From Candidatus Micrarchaeota archaeon (GTDB lineage: Archaea; Micrarchaeota; Micrarchaeia; Anstonellales; Bilamarchaeaceae), in the NCBI GenBank assembly GCA_043827025.1, contig JBDRPL010000024.1, forward strand, positions 1 to 62,930: 62,930 nucleotides of DNA, given 5' to 3'. Under the pieces are notes generated by a model. It made no database searches. It saw nothing but the letters and a program-made list of their open reading frames with translations, and was not told the DNA's origin. Position 1 is the first letter of the stretch. Every line of letters starts with the position of its first letter. The position numbers were made by a program, and so were the translations under genes. Below, one piece after another: positions 40,304 to 49,799 of this stretch.

Positions 40304-41608
40304 TCATTTCAAGAATGGCTTCAGCTCCTCCTTAATCGAACCTTCCTTCTCAACCGTGCTGTAGATGACATGCAAAACCTTCTTGTTTATCTTCATGAAA
40401 CGGGAGATGTCGATAGGTGTACCTGTAATGATGTAGTCGACCTGCGCCCTGTTAAGAGTATCCTCAAGATCCTTGATCTGTTTCTTGCCATAACCCAAGG
40501 CAGGCACAATCATCTTCAACTGAGGATACTTTGAATACGCCTCTTTTACATCCCCACTGGTGAATGGCTTTGGATCCACGATAACCGCGCCTTTCTTCTC
40601 TGCATAGACATAGGCTGCGCCAATGCCCATCTCCCCATGGGTAACAGTTGGGCCGTCCTCAACAACCAAAACCCTTTTCCCTTTGAGATCAATTTCATGC
40701 TCAACGCTAAGCTCTGAAACAGCTTTGATGAGTTTGGCACTTGGATTCATGAGTTTGGCATTCTCTTCCACAATCTTGGCGCCTTCTGGACTCTGGCTTA
40801 TCTTATTGATTATAATTACATCTGCCATGCGAAAATTGGTTTCACCAGGATAATATAATTTTTCATGATTCGGCCTTAGTGAATCTGCAACAACAAAAAG
40901 CAGATCAGGCTTGTAGAAAGAAGTGTCATTGTTGCCTCCATCCCATAAAATAATGTCAGCCTCTTTTTCAGCTTCATTCAGGATTTTCTGGTAATCCACT
41001 CCAGCATAGACAATGCATCCTTTTCTTATGTGATGCTCGTATTCTTCCATCTCTTCGATGGTGCACTTATTCTTATCCATATCTTCAAGACTGGCATATC
41101 GCTGACAGGTTTGTGCCTTCAAATCGCCATAGGGCATTGGATGACGTATAACAACAACTTTCTTTCCCGCATCAGTCAAGAGGCTAACGATTTTACGAGA
41201 AGTCGGACTCTTTCCACATCCAGTTCTTGTTGCACAAACTGCAATTACTTTCTTCTTTGATTTTATCATCGTTCTTTGGACGCCGATCAGCTTGAAATCA
41301 GATCCAACAGCATTCGCCCTTGAAGCAAGATGCATAACAGTTTCATGTTTCAAATCAGAATAAGACAAAACAACTTCATCAACAGCGTGTTCTTTGATTA
41401 ATTTTTCCATATCCTTTTCATCATAAATGGAAATTCCATTCGGATACAACGAACCTGCCAATTCCTTTGGATACTTCCTTCCGGCAATATCAGGAATTTG
41501 TGTTGCAGTAAAACCAACAACTGTAAATTCAGAATTGTCCCTGTAAAGCACATTGAAATTGTGAAAGTCCCTGCCTGCGGCTCCGAGAATTAAAACTTTG
41601 GTTGTCAT
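40304..41608 (-). CDS. arginine synthetase (ArcE) / cyclic 2,3-diphosphoglycerate synthetase-like P-loop protein
   Basis: GAAGRDFHNFN; TRTGCGKS; RHPMPYG; WDGGNND; VEDGPTVTHG; divergent from carbamate kinase. Confidence 0.85.
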   Translation of the reverse strand: MTTKVLILGAAGRDFHNFNVLYRDNSEFTVVGFTATQIPDIAGRKYPKELAGSLYPNGISIYDEKDMEKLIKEHAVDEVVLSYSDLKHETVMHLASRANAVGSDFKLIGVQRTMIKSKKKVIAVCATRTGCGKSPTSRKIVSLLTDAGKKVVVIRHPMPYGDLKAQTCQRYASLEDMDKNKCTIEEMEEYEHHIRKGCIVYAGVDYQKILNEAEKEADIILWDGGNNDTSFYKPDLLFVVADSLRPNHEKLYYPGETNFRMADVIIINKISQSPEGAKIVEENAKLMNPSAKLIKAVSELSVEHEIDLKGKRVLVVEDGPTVTHGEMGIGAAYVYAEKKGAVIVDPKPFTSGDVKEAYSKYPQLKMIVPALGYGKKQIKDLEDTLNRAQVDYIITGTPIDISRFMKINKKVLHVIYSTVEKEGSIKEELKPFLK

Positions 41609-41659
41609 AAATAAATAAAGAACATAAAACATTTAATAGATTGGCTTCGAAGGTAACAG

Positions 41660-42528
41660 ATGAAAATAGTAATTGCACTTGGTGGAAACGCGCTTCTTCG
41701 GAAAGGAGAAAGAGGGACAGATGTGGAACAGGCAAATGCTGCAATGGAAAGCATCGGGCATCTCAAGGAAGTCATAGAAAAAAACGACACTGTCATTACG
41801 CATGGAAACGGGCCGCAGGTTGGAAATCTGCTGCTGCAACAACATGCTACAAAAGAGGTTCCTGAAATGCCTCTTCATGTACTAGTGGCAATGACTCAGG
41901 GGCAAATTGGGTTCTTCATAGAACATGCAATTGCACGAATCACAAAAAAGAAATCAATGACAATCATAACGCACTGCGAAGTGGATGAAAATGATTCTGG
42001 ATTCAAGAACCCAACAAAACCAATTGGCCCATTTTACAAAGAAAAAAAGCCAGGGATGGTAGAGGATGCAGGTAGGGGATATAGATTGGTAGTTGCCTGC
42101 CCAAAGGTAAAGAGGATACTTGAGGCTGATACAATAAAGAAATTGACTGGCCATGGAAAGGTAATAATAGCTGCAGGAGGAGGGGGAATACCTATATCAG
42201 CCAAAGGGGAAGGGCTCCAGGCAGTTATTGACAAAGATGATGCGTCACAAGTTCTTGCAAATGAAATCAAAGCAGATGTTTTGCTTTTTGTAACTGCAAT
42301 TGACGCAGTTTATTCTAATTTTGGAAAACCGAATCAAAAAAGAATAGTAAAATAAAGGCAAATGATCTGAAGAAAATGCTGAACATATTTCCAGAAGGAA
42401 GTATGAGGCCAAAGATCGAAGCCGCAATCCAGTTTGTGAATAATGGGGGCAAAAAAGCAATAATAACATCCATCGAAGATGCAGCCAAAGCAATGGAAGG
42501 AAAGGGCGGAACAACAGTAGTCAAATAA
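41660..42528 (+). pseudogene. arcC: carbamate kinase, 1-nt frameshift near 42345
   Basis: ALGGNA; HGNGPQVG; PTKPIGP; AVIDKD; C-terminus [13 protein letters not shown]...GGTTV continues in the -1 frame to 42528. Confidence 0.85.
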
Positions 42529-42582
42529 GCAAAAAAAGAAAAAGGTAAAATATATAAACCTCTTTTTCGTTTATCCTTTCCC

Positions 42583-42978
42583 ATGCGACGATTCAACCAT
42601 ACACGTGAATGGAAACTGGGAGTTAGGCTAGCCCTTGCCATACTTATAGTTTCAGCACTGCTAGAGATATTCCTTCACGAACAAATGGAAGGATATGTAC
42701 GGGTTATATTTGTTACTGAATTAGGGGCCACAGTAATACTATTGACAGATGTTATTTTGGGATACCAAGAAGCAAGGAACAAATACAAATACATGAAGAA
42801 GAACTGGATAAAAATAGTAGCAGCGATTCCTTTCGCAGTATTTTTCAGAGGGGCATCCCTCATGAGAATACAATATGCATTGCCAGGATTAAGCTTCGAA
42901 GCCATGGCAACGATGGAATTCCTGCCAAAATGGATGCAAACTGCTGCAAAGGTTGACGAATTGATGAAGATTGTTTAA
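42583..42978 (+). CDS. small membrane protein resembling an isolated voltage-sensor (S1-S4) domain
   Basis: KYMKKNWIKIVAAIPF..FR....MR; no TVGYG pore motif. Confidence 0.55.
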   Translation: MRRFNHTREWKLGVRLALAILIVSALLEIFLHEQMEGYVRVIFVTELGATVILLTDVILGYQEARNKYKYMKKNWIKIVAAIPFAVFFRGASLMRIQYALPGLSFEAMATMEFLPKWMQTAAKVDELMKIV

Positions 42979-43048
42979 TTGCTTGAGAAGAAGAGTGATT
43001 GCAAACCAATACAGAATATTTTTAAATTATACCTTAGTATTTTGCAAT

Positions 43049-43483
43049 ATGGCAAAGGCTAAGAAAGCAGTAAAACCAAAGGCGAAAAGTGCTCCTAAGA
43101 AAAGGGTCAGGGCAAAACCAAAACAGGCAAAAACAGCCAAGTCGAGAACTAAGTTCTCGATGTCGCGAACATCTGTTCGCGAGCATGCCCGCCGCCGGCC
43201 AGCACCTGAAAGAAAAATCCGCTGTTCAGAAGACCTTGAAAGAGTATTAAAGGGAGAGAAAGACGAGGATGATGAAGGTCCAAAACTGCTTAAAGACCCA
43301 CAACAGCAGAGAAAGGCAATACTTGGAAGATGTGTTGGACGCACATTCAATTACGAAGAAGCAAAGGGAATATGCCAACAGTTCGAAGCAGGAGGATATG
43401 AGGTCGCAATAATCGAAAAGAAAACCGGCGGACTAAATTTATACGAAGTCTGGGCCACAAGAAAAGATGAAGTGCTTATCTGA
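43049..43483 (+). CDS. hypothetical protein with Lys/Ala/Pro-rich basic N-terminus
   Basis: MAKAKKAVKPKAKSAPKK... Confidence 0.65.
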   Translation: MAKAKKAVKPKAKSAPKKRVRAKPKQAKTAKSRTKFSMSRTSVREHARRRPAPERKIRCSEDLERVLKGEKDEDDEGPKLLKDPQQQRKAILGRCVGRTFNYEEAKGICQQFEAGGYEVAIIEKKTGGLNLYEVWATRKDEVLI

Positions 43484-43542
43484 TTCCAGAATAAAAAGAA
43501 GACAAAGGCAAACCTTATAACCATCAACATTGTTACCTAGCC

Positions 43543-44994
43543 ATGGCAGACCAATACAAGATGTTCATAAATGGCGAATGGGTGGATGCACAAAGCAAGG
43601 AAAGTTTTGTTGTCTATGATTCAGCGACTGCAGAAGTATTTGCAAGAGTGGCAAGAGGAGGAACCAAAGATGCCAAAAAGGCGATTGATGCCGCAAGAAC
43701 ATCTTTTGACAAAGGCGAATGGCAAACCAAAACGCTTGCAGAAAGAGCAAGATACATTTTCAAGCTTGCGGATGCGTTTGAACAGAACAAGGAATATTTT
43801 GCAAGCCTAGAGGCCAAGGATGTCGGCAAACCTATACAATATTCGTTGCAATGCGACTTTCCATTCTTCATAGACAACATGAGATATTTTGCAGGCGCAT
43901 GCAGGGCCATGTCTGCCAACGTTGCGATGAATTACGATGGCGGCGGCATAAATTATGTAAAAAAAGAGCCGATCGGAGTAGTAGTTGCATTCATACCCTG
44001 GAACTGCCCGCTTTCCATACTTGTACTGAAGATGATACCTGCACTCTTAATGGGAAATAGTATCATAATAAAACCATCAAGTGAAGCATTGGTGTCAATC
44101 TTAGAATTCATACATCTGACTGAAAAGGTAAAATTCCCAAAGGGAGTGATAAACCTTGTAACCGGCCCTGGAGAAACAGTTGGAAGGGAATTGGGAACAA
44201 GCAGCAAAGTAGACATGATTACATATTCAGGAAACGCGGAAACAGGAAAAAAGATAATTGAAGAAGCGTCAATCAGCTTCAAAAAACTGCATCTTGAGCT
44301 TCATGGAAAGTCACCATTAATAGTTCTCAAGGATGCTGAACTGAACAGCGTTGCGAAGCAAGCCATTTTCAATGCATTCGGAAATTCGGGTCAGGAAACA
44401 ACTTCTGTTGCAAGGGTATTCGTGCCAAAAGCCATGCAAGAAAGATTCGTAAAAATGCTGGTAAATGAAGCGAAGAAACTGAAGATAGGTGATCCTGCAA
44501 AATATGAAACAGAAATGGGTCCGCTCACTTCAGCAAGAATCAGGGATAAAGTCGAAGGATACATAAGTTCAGGCATAGCTGAAGGCGCAAAACTTGCATA
44601 TGGGGGGAAAAGACTTGAAAGTGGAATATTCGAAAGAGGATTCTTCATAAAGCCAACCATACTTAAAAACGTAAACAGCAAAATGAACATATTTCACAAA
44701 GATATTTTTGGTCCTGTGCTTTCAGTGATACCTTACACAAACATAGAACAAGCAATAAAGGAAGCGAATTCACTGCAATTCGGATCAGGAGCATCCGTCT
44801 GGGGCAAAGACATGCAAAAATTGAATCACGTTTCAGACAAACTAAGGTTTGGCACAGTCTGGATAAATGAACATGGAAGCCTGGTTTCAGAGATGCCTTT
44901 CGGAAGGTATGGAAAAAGCGGAACAGGATTGGATCTCTCTGTCTATGCATTCGATGCCTACTCAGAAACAAAACATGTTTATATGAAATCCTAA
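43543..44994 (+). CDS. aldehyde dehydrogenase homolog lacking the catalytic Cys
   Basis: Full ALDH length; EPIGVV; PWN; LELHGKSP; NSGQETTS. Confidence 0.9.
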   Translation: MADQYKMFINGEWVDAQSKESFVVYDSATAEVFARVARGGTKDAKKAIDAARTSFDKGEWQTKTLAERARYIFKLADAFEQNKEYFASLEAKDVGKPIQYSLQCDFPFFIDNMRYFAGACRAMSANVAMNYDGGGINYVKKEPIGVVVAFIPWNCPLSILVLKMIPALLMGNSIIIKPSSEALVSILEFIHLTEKVKFPKGVINLVTGPGETVGRELGTSSKVDMITYSGNAETGKKIIEEASISFKKLHLELHGKSPLIVLKDAELNSVAKQAIFNAFGNSGQETTSVARVFVPKAMQERFVKMLVNEAKKLKIGDPAKYETEMGPLTSARIRDKVEGYISSGIAEGAKLAYGGKRLESGIFERGFFIKPTILKNVNSKMNIFHKDIFGPVLSVIPYTNIEQAIKEANSLQFGSGASVWGKDMQKLNHVSDKLRFGTVWINEHGSLVSEMPFGRYGKSGTGLDLSVYAFDAYSETKHVYMKS

Positions 44995-45036
44995 ATCTAG
45001 CAGTATTTATAAAAGGTTTTTAGGATAGGGATAGGT

Positions 45037-45972
45037 ATGACTCAGACTTCTTTGTATGATATGATAATAATAGGTGGCGGAGTTAGCGGATTTTCAGCTG
45101 CGATGTACTCCGGTAGACTGAAGATGAAAACATTAGTCCTCACCACCATACGAGGTGGTACCATCATTAACACCAACGAGATTGCCAACTGGCCAGGAAT
45201 AAAGATGGTTGACGGTATGACTCTGGCAAAAAATGTAGAAGAGCATGCTCTTGAATATGGGACGGATGTTGAGGATGCAACTGCAACCAAGATAGAAAAA
45301 AAAGCAGAAAAATTCATAGTGCATACTGATGACGGAAAAAAATACGAAGGAAAAACAATAATATTTGCCACAGGAACTGAATGGAAAAAACTAGGAGTGA
45401 AAGGCGAAAAGGAATTCTCAGGAAGGGGAGTGCACTACTGCGCATTGTGCGATGGGTATTTCTATGCTGATAAGGAAATTGGAATCGTAGGCGGTGCAGA
45501 CTCTGCCGTGAAAGAAGCAATTCTTCTAACTCAATGGGCAAAAAAGGTTTACATCATTTACAGAAAAGATAAAGTAAGGCCTGAGCCTGTGACACTTGAA
45601 AAGATGGAGCAGATGGTAAAACAAGGAAAAATAGAGGTCATAAATAACGCAAACATCGTAGAAGTGAAAGGAAAGGAACTTGTAACATCTGTTGTCCTTG
45701 ACAGAGACTACAAAGGTTCAGAAGAATTCAAGCTTGATGGTATTTTTGTTGCAATAGGGCATATTGCCCAGTCACAGCTTGCGAAAGAAATCGGAATTAC
45801 ACTTAACGAAAAAGGAGAAATAGTTATCAATAAAGACTCTGAAACCAATGTTTCTGGGGCTTATGCTGCAGGCGACGTGACGAATTCGTCATTCAAACAG
45901 GCCATAACTGGCGCTGCAGAAGGGGTGCTTGCAGCAGTATCTGCATACAAACATCTGGAAAATAAAAAATAA
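45037..45972 (+). CDS. trxB: thioredoxin reductase
   Basis: IIGGG; GRGVHYCALCDG; AAGDVT; QAITGA. Confidence 0.93.
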   Translation: MTQTSLYDMIIIGGGVSGFSAAMYSGRLKMKTLVLTTIRGGTIINTNEIANWPGIKMVDGMTLAKNVEEHALEYGTDVEDATATKIEKKAEKFIVHTDDGKKYEGKTIIFATGTEWKKLGVKGEKEFSGRGVHYCALCDGYFYADKEIGIVGGADSAVKEAILLTQWAKKVYIIYRKDKVRPEPVTLEKMEQMVKQGKIEVINNANIVEVKGKELVTSVVLDRDYKGSEEFKLDGIFVAIGHIAQSQLAKEIGITLNEKGEIVINKDSETNVSGAYAAGDVTNSSFKQAITGAAEGVLAAVSAYKHLENKK

Positions 45973-46009
45973 AAGAAAAAACAATAGTAACGTTAAAGAG
46001 GATGAATAA

Positions 46010-46615
46010 ATGCTTTCAATATACTTGATTTTTTTCTTGATAGTGATTTACATTATTCAGCTAGTCGTACCTGGTTTCACAGAGGTATTCATATTTGACC
46101 CGAATCTTATGGCATCCCAGCCATGGAGACTGATCACAAGCGTTTTCCTCCATTCGCCAACTGATGTTACACACATACTTTTCAACTGCTATGCTCTTTT
46201 CCTATTCGGCTCGATACTTGAAAGCAGAGTCACAAAAAATGAGTATTGGGTTCTGTTCTTCGGTGCTGGATTAGTTGGTAGCCTGCTCTTTTATGCAGTC
46301 ATATTATTGGGATTGGCGCCACCTGCCCTTGCACTAGGTGCAAGCGGAGCAATATTTGGATTGATAGGCGCAGTTGCAGCAATGATGCCAAATATGAGGA
46401 TATTTGTGATGTTCATACCTATGACAATGAGAACTGCGGCCTTGTTTTGGGTCGCAATCTCAATAATCGGAACCCTTGATACAACCAGCACAATAGGGCA
46501 CATGGCACATCTCGGAGGATTGGTATTCGGATGGGCATATGGCAAACACCTAATTAATAACAAGATAACTCCGGTGGAAGTGCCGATTTCTGAAAAAGAC
46601 GGAACGTTTACTTAA
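46010..46615 (+). CDS. rhomboid intramembrane serine protease
   Basis: PWRLITSVFLH; HILFN; GASG; AHLGG. Confidence 0.93.
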   Translation: MLSIYLIFFLIVIYIIQLVVPGFTEVFIFDPNLMASQPWRLITSVFLHSPTDVTHILFNCYALFLFGSILESRVTKNEYWVLFFGAGLVGSLLFYAVILLGLAPPALALGASGAIFGLIGAVAAMMPNMRIFVMFIPMTMRTAALFWVAISIIGTLDTTSTIGHMAHLGGLVFGWAYGKHLINNKITPVEVPISEKDGTFT

Positions 46616-46733
46616 CTATTGTAATTCCAAATCCAGTCATTAAGCCAACCAAGGGGAAGTATCCCCTTAGTTTCCTTGGGATTCCGGATCCCCTCCACTA
46701 TTGGATCGAGTTGTAATTCCATATCCAGTCATT
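46612..46733 (-). repeat. duplicated 3' end of PUA gene flanking a hairpin-rich insert
   Basis: 22/23-nt direct repeat at 46619-41 and 46711-33. Confidence 0.85.
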
Positions 46734-47156
46734 TATCTGATGGACATTGACTATTACTTTTCCTTTTGCCATTGCTTTCATTTCTTCTGAAGTGAAAAGC
46801 GCAATGCCTGTGGCAAGTGGCTTGTTGTTATGATCTAGGATAATGACGACTTCGTCCTTCTGTATTCCATCCTCAATCTTTGTAATTCCGGGCCTCATTA
46901 TGTGGGCGCCTGCAAGAACGAACTTGATTGCACCTTCATCCACAGATATTTTTTTGATTGGTTTCCTTATGCCTTTAAGGGTTGCTATCCATCTGCCCTC
47001 ATGTTGTACTGCAATTGGAACCTTGTCAATCACAAGTATCTTTGGCTTTCCTCTTTCTTCGATTTCTTCGATTATAGGATTATTATCTTTATCAAGGTCG
47101 AAAAAATCAAGTGTGAGGTCACGGACTTCTTTTTTGTTAAGGGTTCGCTTGGACAT
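46698..47156 (-). CDS. PUA-domain RNA-binding protein (MCT-1/Tma20-like)
   Basis: VDEGAIKFVLAGAHIMRPGI; KGKVI.NVH..ND.IW. Confidence 0.9.
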   Translation of the reverse strand: MSKRTLNKKEVRDLTLDFFDLDKDNNPIIEEIEERGKPKILVIDKVPIAVQHEGRWIATLKGIRKPIKKISVDEGAIKFVLAGAHIMRPGITKIEDGIQKDEVVIILDHNNKPLATGIALFTSEEMKAMAKGKVIVNVHQINDWIWNYNSIQ

Positions 47157-47208
47157 AGATTAAGAGTGACGACAATCCCTTATAAATGTTCCATCAAAAT
47201 AATCAAAT

Positions 47209-47595
47209 ATGTGCTTCTTTGCGAATAAGAGCAAAACGCTCACGATCATCAACTCTATTGGCAAAAAAACAACTGTGACTGCCGAGATTGCCAGTGGATT
47301 CTTCAGCAAGGCAATAGGGCTGATGTTCAGGAAATCGCTTGATAGGGACAATGGAATGCTTTTTATATTCGGAAAGGAGGATTACCATACATTCTGGATG
47401 GCCAATACTAACCTAGCTTTGGAGGCATTGCATTTGGCAGGGGATGGAAAGCTGGTGGAAACAATCTCAATGGAACCTCACACCGGCAAATACCTTCCAA
47501 AAAACAAATCGAAATATGTTCTCGAAGTAAACCAAGGATTCTGCAAAAAGAATAATGTTAGAATTGGTGACAAATTAAAGCTGGATTTTGAATAA
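47209..47595 (+). CDS. DUF192 family protein
   Basis: AEIA; GLMFR; GMLFIF; FWMANT; YVLEVN.G. Confidence 0.88.
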   Translation: MCFFANKSKTLTIINSIGKKTTVTAEIASGFFSKAIGLMFRKSLDRDNGMLFIFGKEDYHTFWMANTNLALEALHLAGDGKLVETISMEPHTGKYLPKNKSKYVLEVNQGFCKKNNVRIGDKLKLDFE

Positions 47596-47658
47596 AATGA
47601 GTAAATGTTTCTGTTTGTGTAAATAAAAGGAGTATATTACACGAGGACAAGAAAAGAG

Positions 47659-47763
47659 TTTAAAAATAAGTATCACCACAATAGTAGCCCTCCAAAAGGG
47701 AAGAAGCGTCTTCTTTTTTGCTGCCAGCAATAACGGCGCTTTCCCTCCTGGAGAGGGAAAACA
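47659..47763 (+). promoter_or_regulatory. TATA plus structured leader of dph5
   Basis: TTTAAAAA 47659-66; alternative stems overlapping the purine-rich pre-start region. Confidence 0.45.
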
Positions 47764-48471
47764 ATGTTGACGATTATAGGAACTGGAATAAACTTTGATC
47801 TCACGCTTGGAGCAATTGATGCGCTCAAAAATGCGGACGAGATATACATAGAAACATATACAAATTTAATTGAAAAAGAAAAGATCAGAATTTTAGAAAA
47901 ATTGATCAACAAGGAAGTGAAGGAACTCGAAAGAACCAAAGTAGAATCCAAGTTCCTGATTGAAAAGGCAAAAAACAAAAAAATATGCCTCCTAGCATCA
48001 GGTGATCCCTTAACTGCAACAACCCATGTAACAGTGCTGATAGATGCTAAAAAAGAGAAAGTCGAAACAAATATCATACACAACTCTTCTGTTTACACTG
48101 TTGCACCTGGAAAATCAGGCCTGCAGATATACAGATTCGGGAAAACAGCTTCACTTGTAAATCCAAGGGAGAATTACAAACCAACTTCTTCACTAGACAT
48201 AATCAGGAAGAATTTTGAATTAGGGATGCACTCGCTTGTTTTATTGGACACAGAACCAAAGCCAATGGATGCAAAGGTGGCGCTGGAAATGCTTAAGGGA
48301 TTCGAAAGCGCAGTGGTTTTGTCAAGACTAGGGGAAAATGATGAAAAAGTAATTTATGGAAAGATAAGCGAACTTTCTAAGAAAGAACTTGGAAAACCGC
48401 CTTTCTCAATCATCATACCTGCAAAACTTCACCCAATGGAAGAAGACTTTTTGGAAATGTGCAAGGATTAG
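47764..48471 (+). CDS. dph5: diphthine synthase
   Basis: IYIETYT; GDPLTATTH; GLQIYRFGKT; HSLVLLD. Confidence 0.93.
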   Translation: MLTIIGTGINFDLTLGAIDALKNADEIYIETYTNLIEKEKIRILEKLINKEVKELERTKVESKFLIEKAKNKKICLLASGDPLTATTHVTVLIDAKKEKVETNIIHNSSVYTVAPGKSGLQIYRFGKTASLVNPRENYKPTSSLDIIRKNFELGMHSLVLLDTEPKPMDAKVALEMLKGFESAVVLSRLGENDEKVIYGKISELSKKELGKPPFSIIIPAKLHPMEEDFLEMCKD

Positions 48472-48509
48472 GCTGATTTAGAAACAGCCCACTGATTATC
48501 TGGACCTAC

Positions 48510-49799
48510 TTAATTTGACAGCGCAGTTGCAGCTTGTTTGCAGATCGCGTGTTCTTTTTTTTCAGACCTGAGCTTTATGAATATAAGTAGAAGTGCAGAG
48601 ATGAAGAAAACGATCCCAAGAATGAAGAATACTGAGCGAATGCCTGCGAATTGGGCTATGATTCCTCCTAGGATTGGGCCTGAAACAAAGCCAACATCCA
48701 TGAAGAAATCCCATATTCCAGCTATCTCGCCTTTTTTATGACCATATGAAAGATTGGCAATCAGCCCACACAATGCAGGGGATGAGATAACCCATCCTAC
48801 AGAAACAAGCAATGCAAACACAAAAACAAGCGCAAGGTCAGTGACACTTGAAAAAGATATAAGAGCAACTCCCATGATGATAAGGCCTAGAAGAAGAATG
48901 TTCTTTTTCCCGAACTTGTCGGCAAATTTTCCAGCATGATATGAAATAAAAATACCTGGCAAAGAGAAACACGCCATGAGAAGCCCTCCCATATTTGAAG
49001 GCACGTTGAGAACATCTTCGCCATAGAAAAGAGGCTGGAATGTTAGCAGTATCTGCTCCCAAGCCGTGAAAAGCAATGCAAAATATAGCATGGAAAAGCC
49101 GAATAGGCCAAATCGGGTCTTGAAATCCTTGATTCTCTTGAAGATGATACCTGGTTTTAATGATTTTACGGATTCGAACGCAGGGCGGTTATTAGTCTCC
49201 TTCATATATTTCATTAGAACCAAGGCGCAGAAAAGAAGGATTACACTGTAAAACCCGACGATGCTATGAAAACCAAACCATAACAAAAGGAAACCTGCAA
49301 TCAGTGGACCGACAGTCTGGCCTATATATTTCATCTCAATATCAATGCCATAGGATTGGGCCACCTTTACCGTATTGTCCATTGAAAGAGATGCATAATA
49401 TGCGTCTCTAGGCACTCGCCAGATCTGAAATCCTAACCCCCAAAAGAAAAAAGAGAACCCTAGCAGAAGGTTATCCTCAAATGAAAAAATGAATATGCTA
49501 CCTATTATAAGCACTATGAAACCTCTTATCATGAGTTTTTTCCTGCTCATGCGATCGCTCAGGGCACCCATAGGGAAATCAATCAGCATCCCCCCCACAG
49601 ATGCAAGGGCAAGCAGAATCCCAATTTCAAAATACGATTTTCCTATGCTTTCAAGCTTGGTCGGAAAAACGAATTCCAAGGCATTGTCAGCAATGAGCCA
49701 CAGAAGAGTGACACATATTATGAGGAAATAGCGCGAATGCGTCAGAGGATGAATCCATTTCTCAATGAATCTAGATAAACATGTGGTCAAAATGGTCAT
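48510..49799 (-). CDS. MFS transporter
   Basis: About 12 TM; GALSDRMSRK and GKFADKFGKK loop motifs. Confidence 0.9.
   Translation of the reverse strand: MTILTTCLSRFIEKWIHPLTHSRYFLIICVTLLWLIADNALEFVFPTKLESIGKSYFEIGILLALASVGGMLIDFPMGALSDRMSRKKLMIRGFIVLIIGSIFIFSFEDNLLLGFSFFFWGLGFQIWRVPRDAYYASLSMDNTVKVAQSYGIDIEMKYIGQTVGPLIAGFLLLWFGFHSIVGFYSVILLFCALVLMKYMKETNNRPAFESVKSLKPGIIFKRIKDFKTRFGLFGFSMLYFALLFTAWEQILLTFQPLFYGEDVLNVPSNMGGLLMACFSLPGIFISYHAGKFADKFGKKNILLLGLIIMGVALISFSSVTDLALVFVFALLVSVGWVISSPALCGLIANLSYGHKKGEIAGIWDFFMDVGFVSGPILGGIIAQFAGIRSVFFILGIVFFISALLLIFIKLRSEKKEHAICKQAATALSN

Noticed and set aside
42336..42342. AAAAAAG as a programmed -1 frameshift site in carbamate kinase
   Set aside because: The heptamer is not phased to the zero frame and no clear downstream stimulator was seen.
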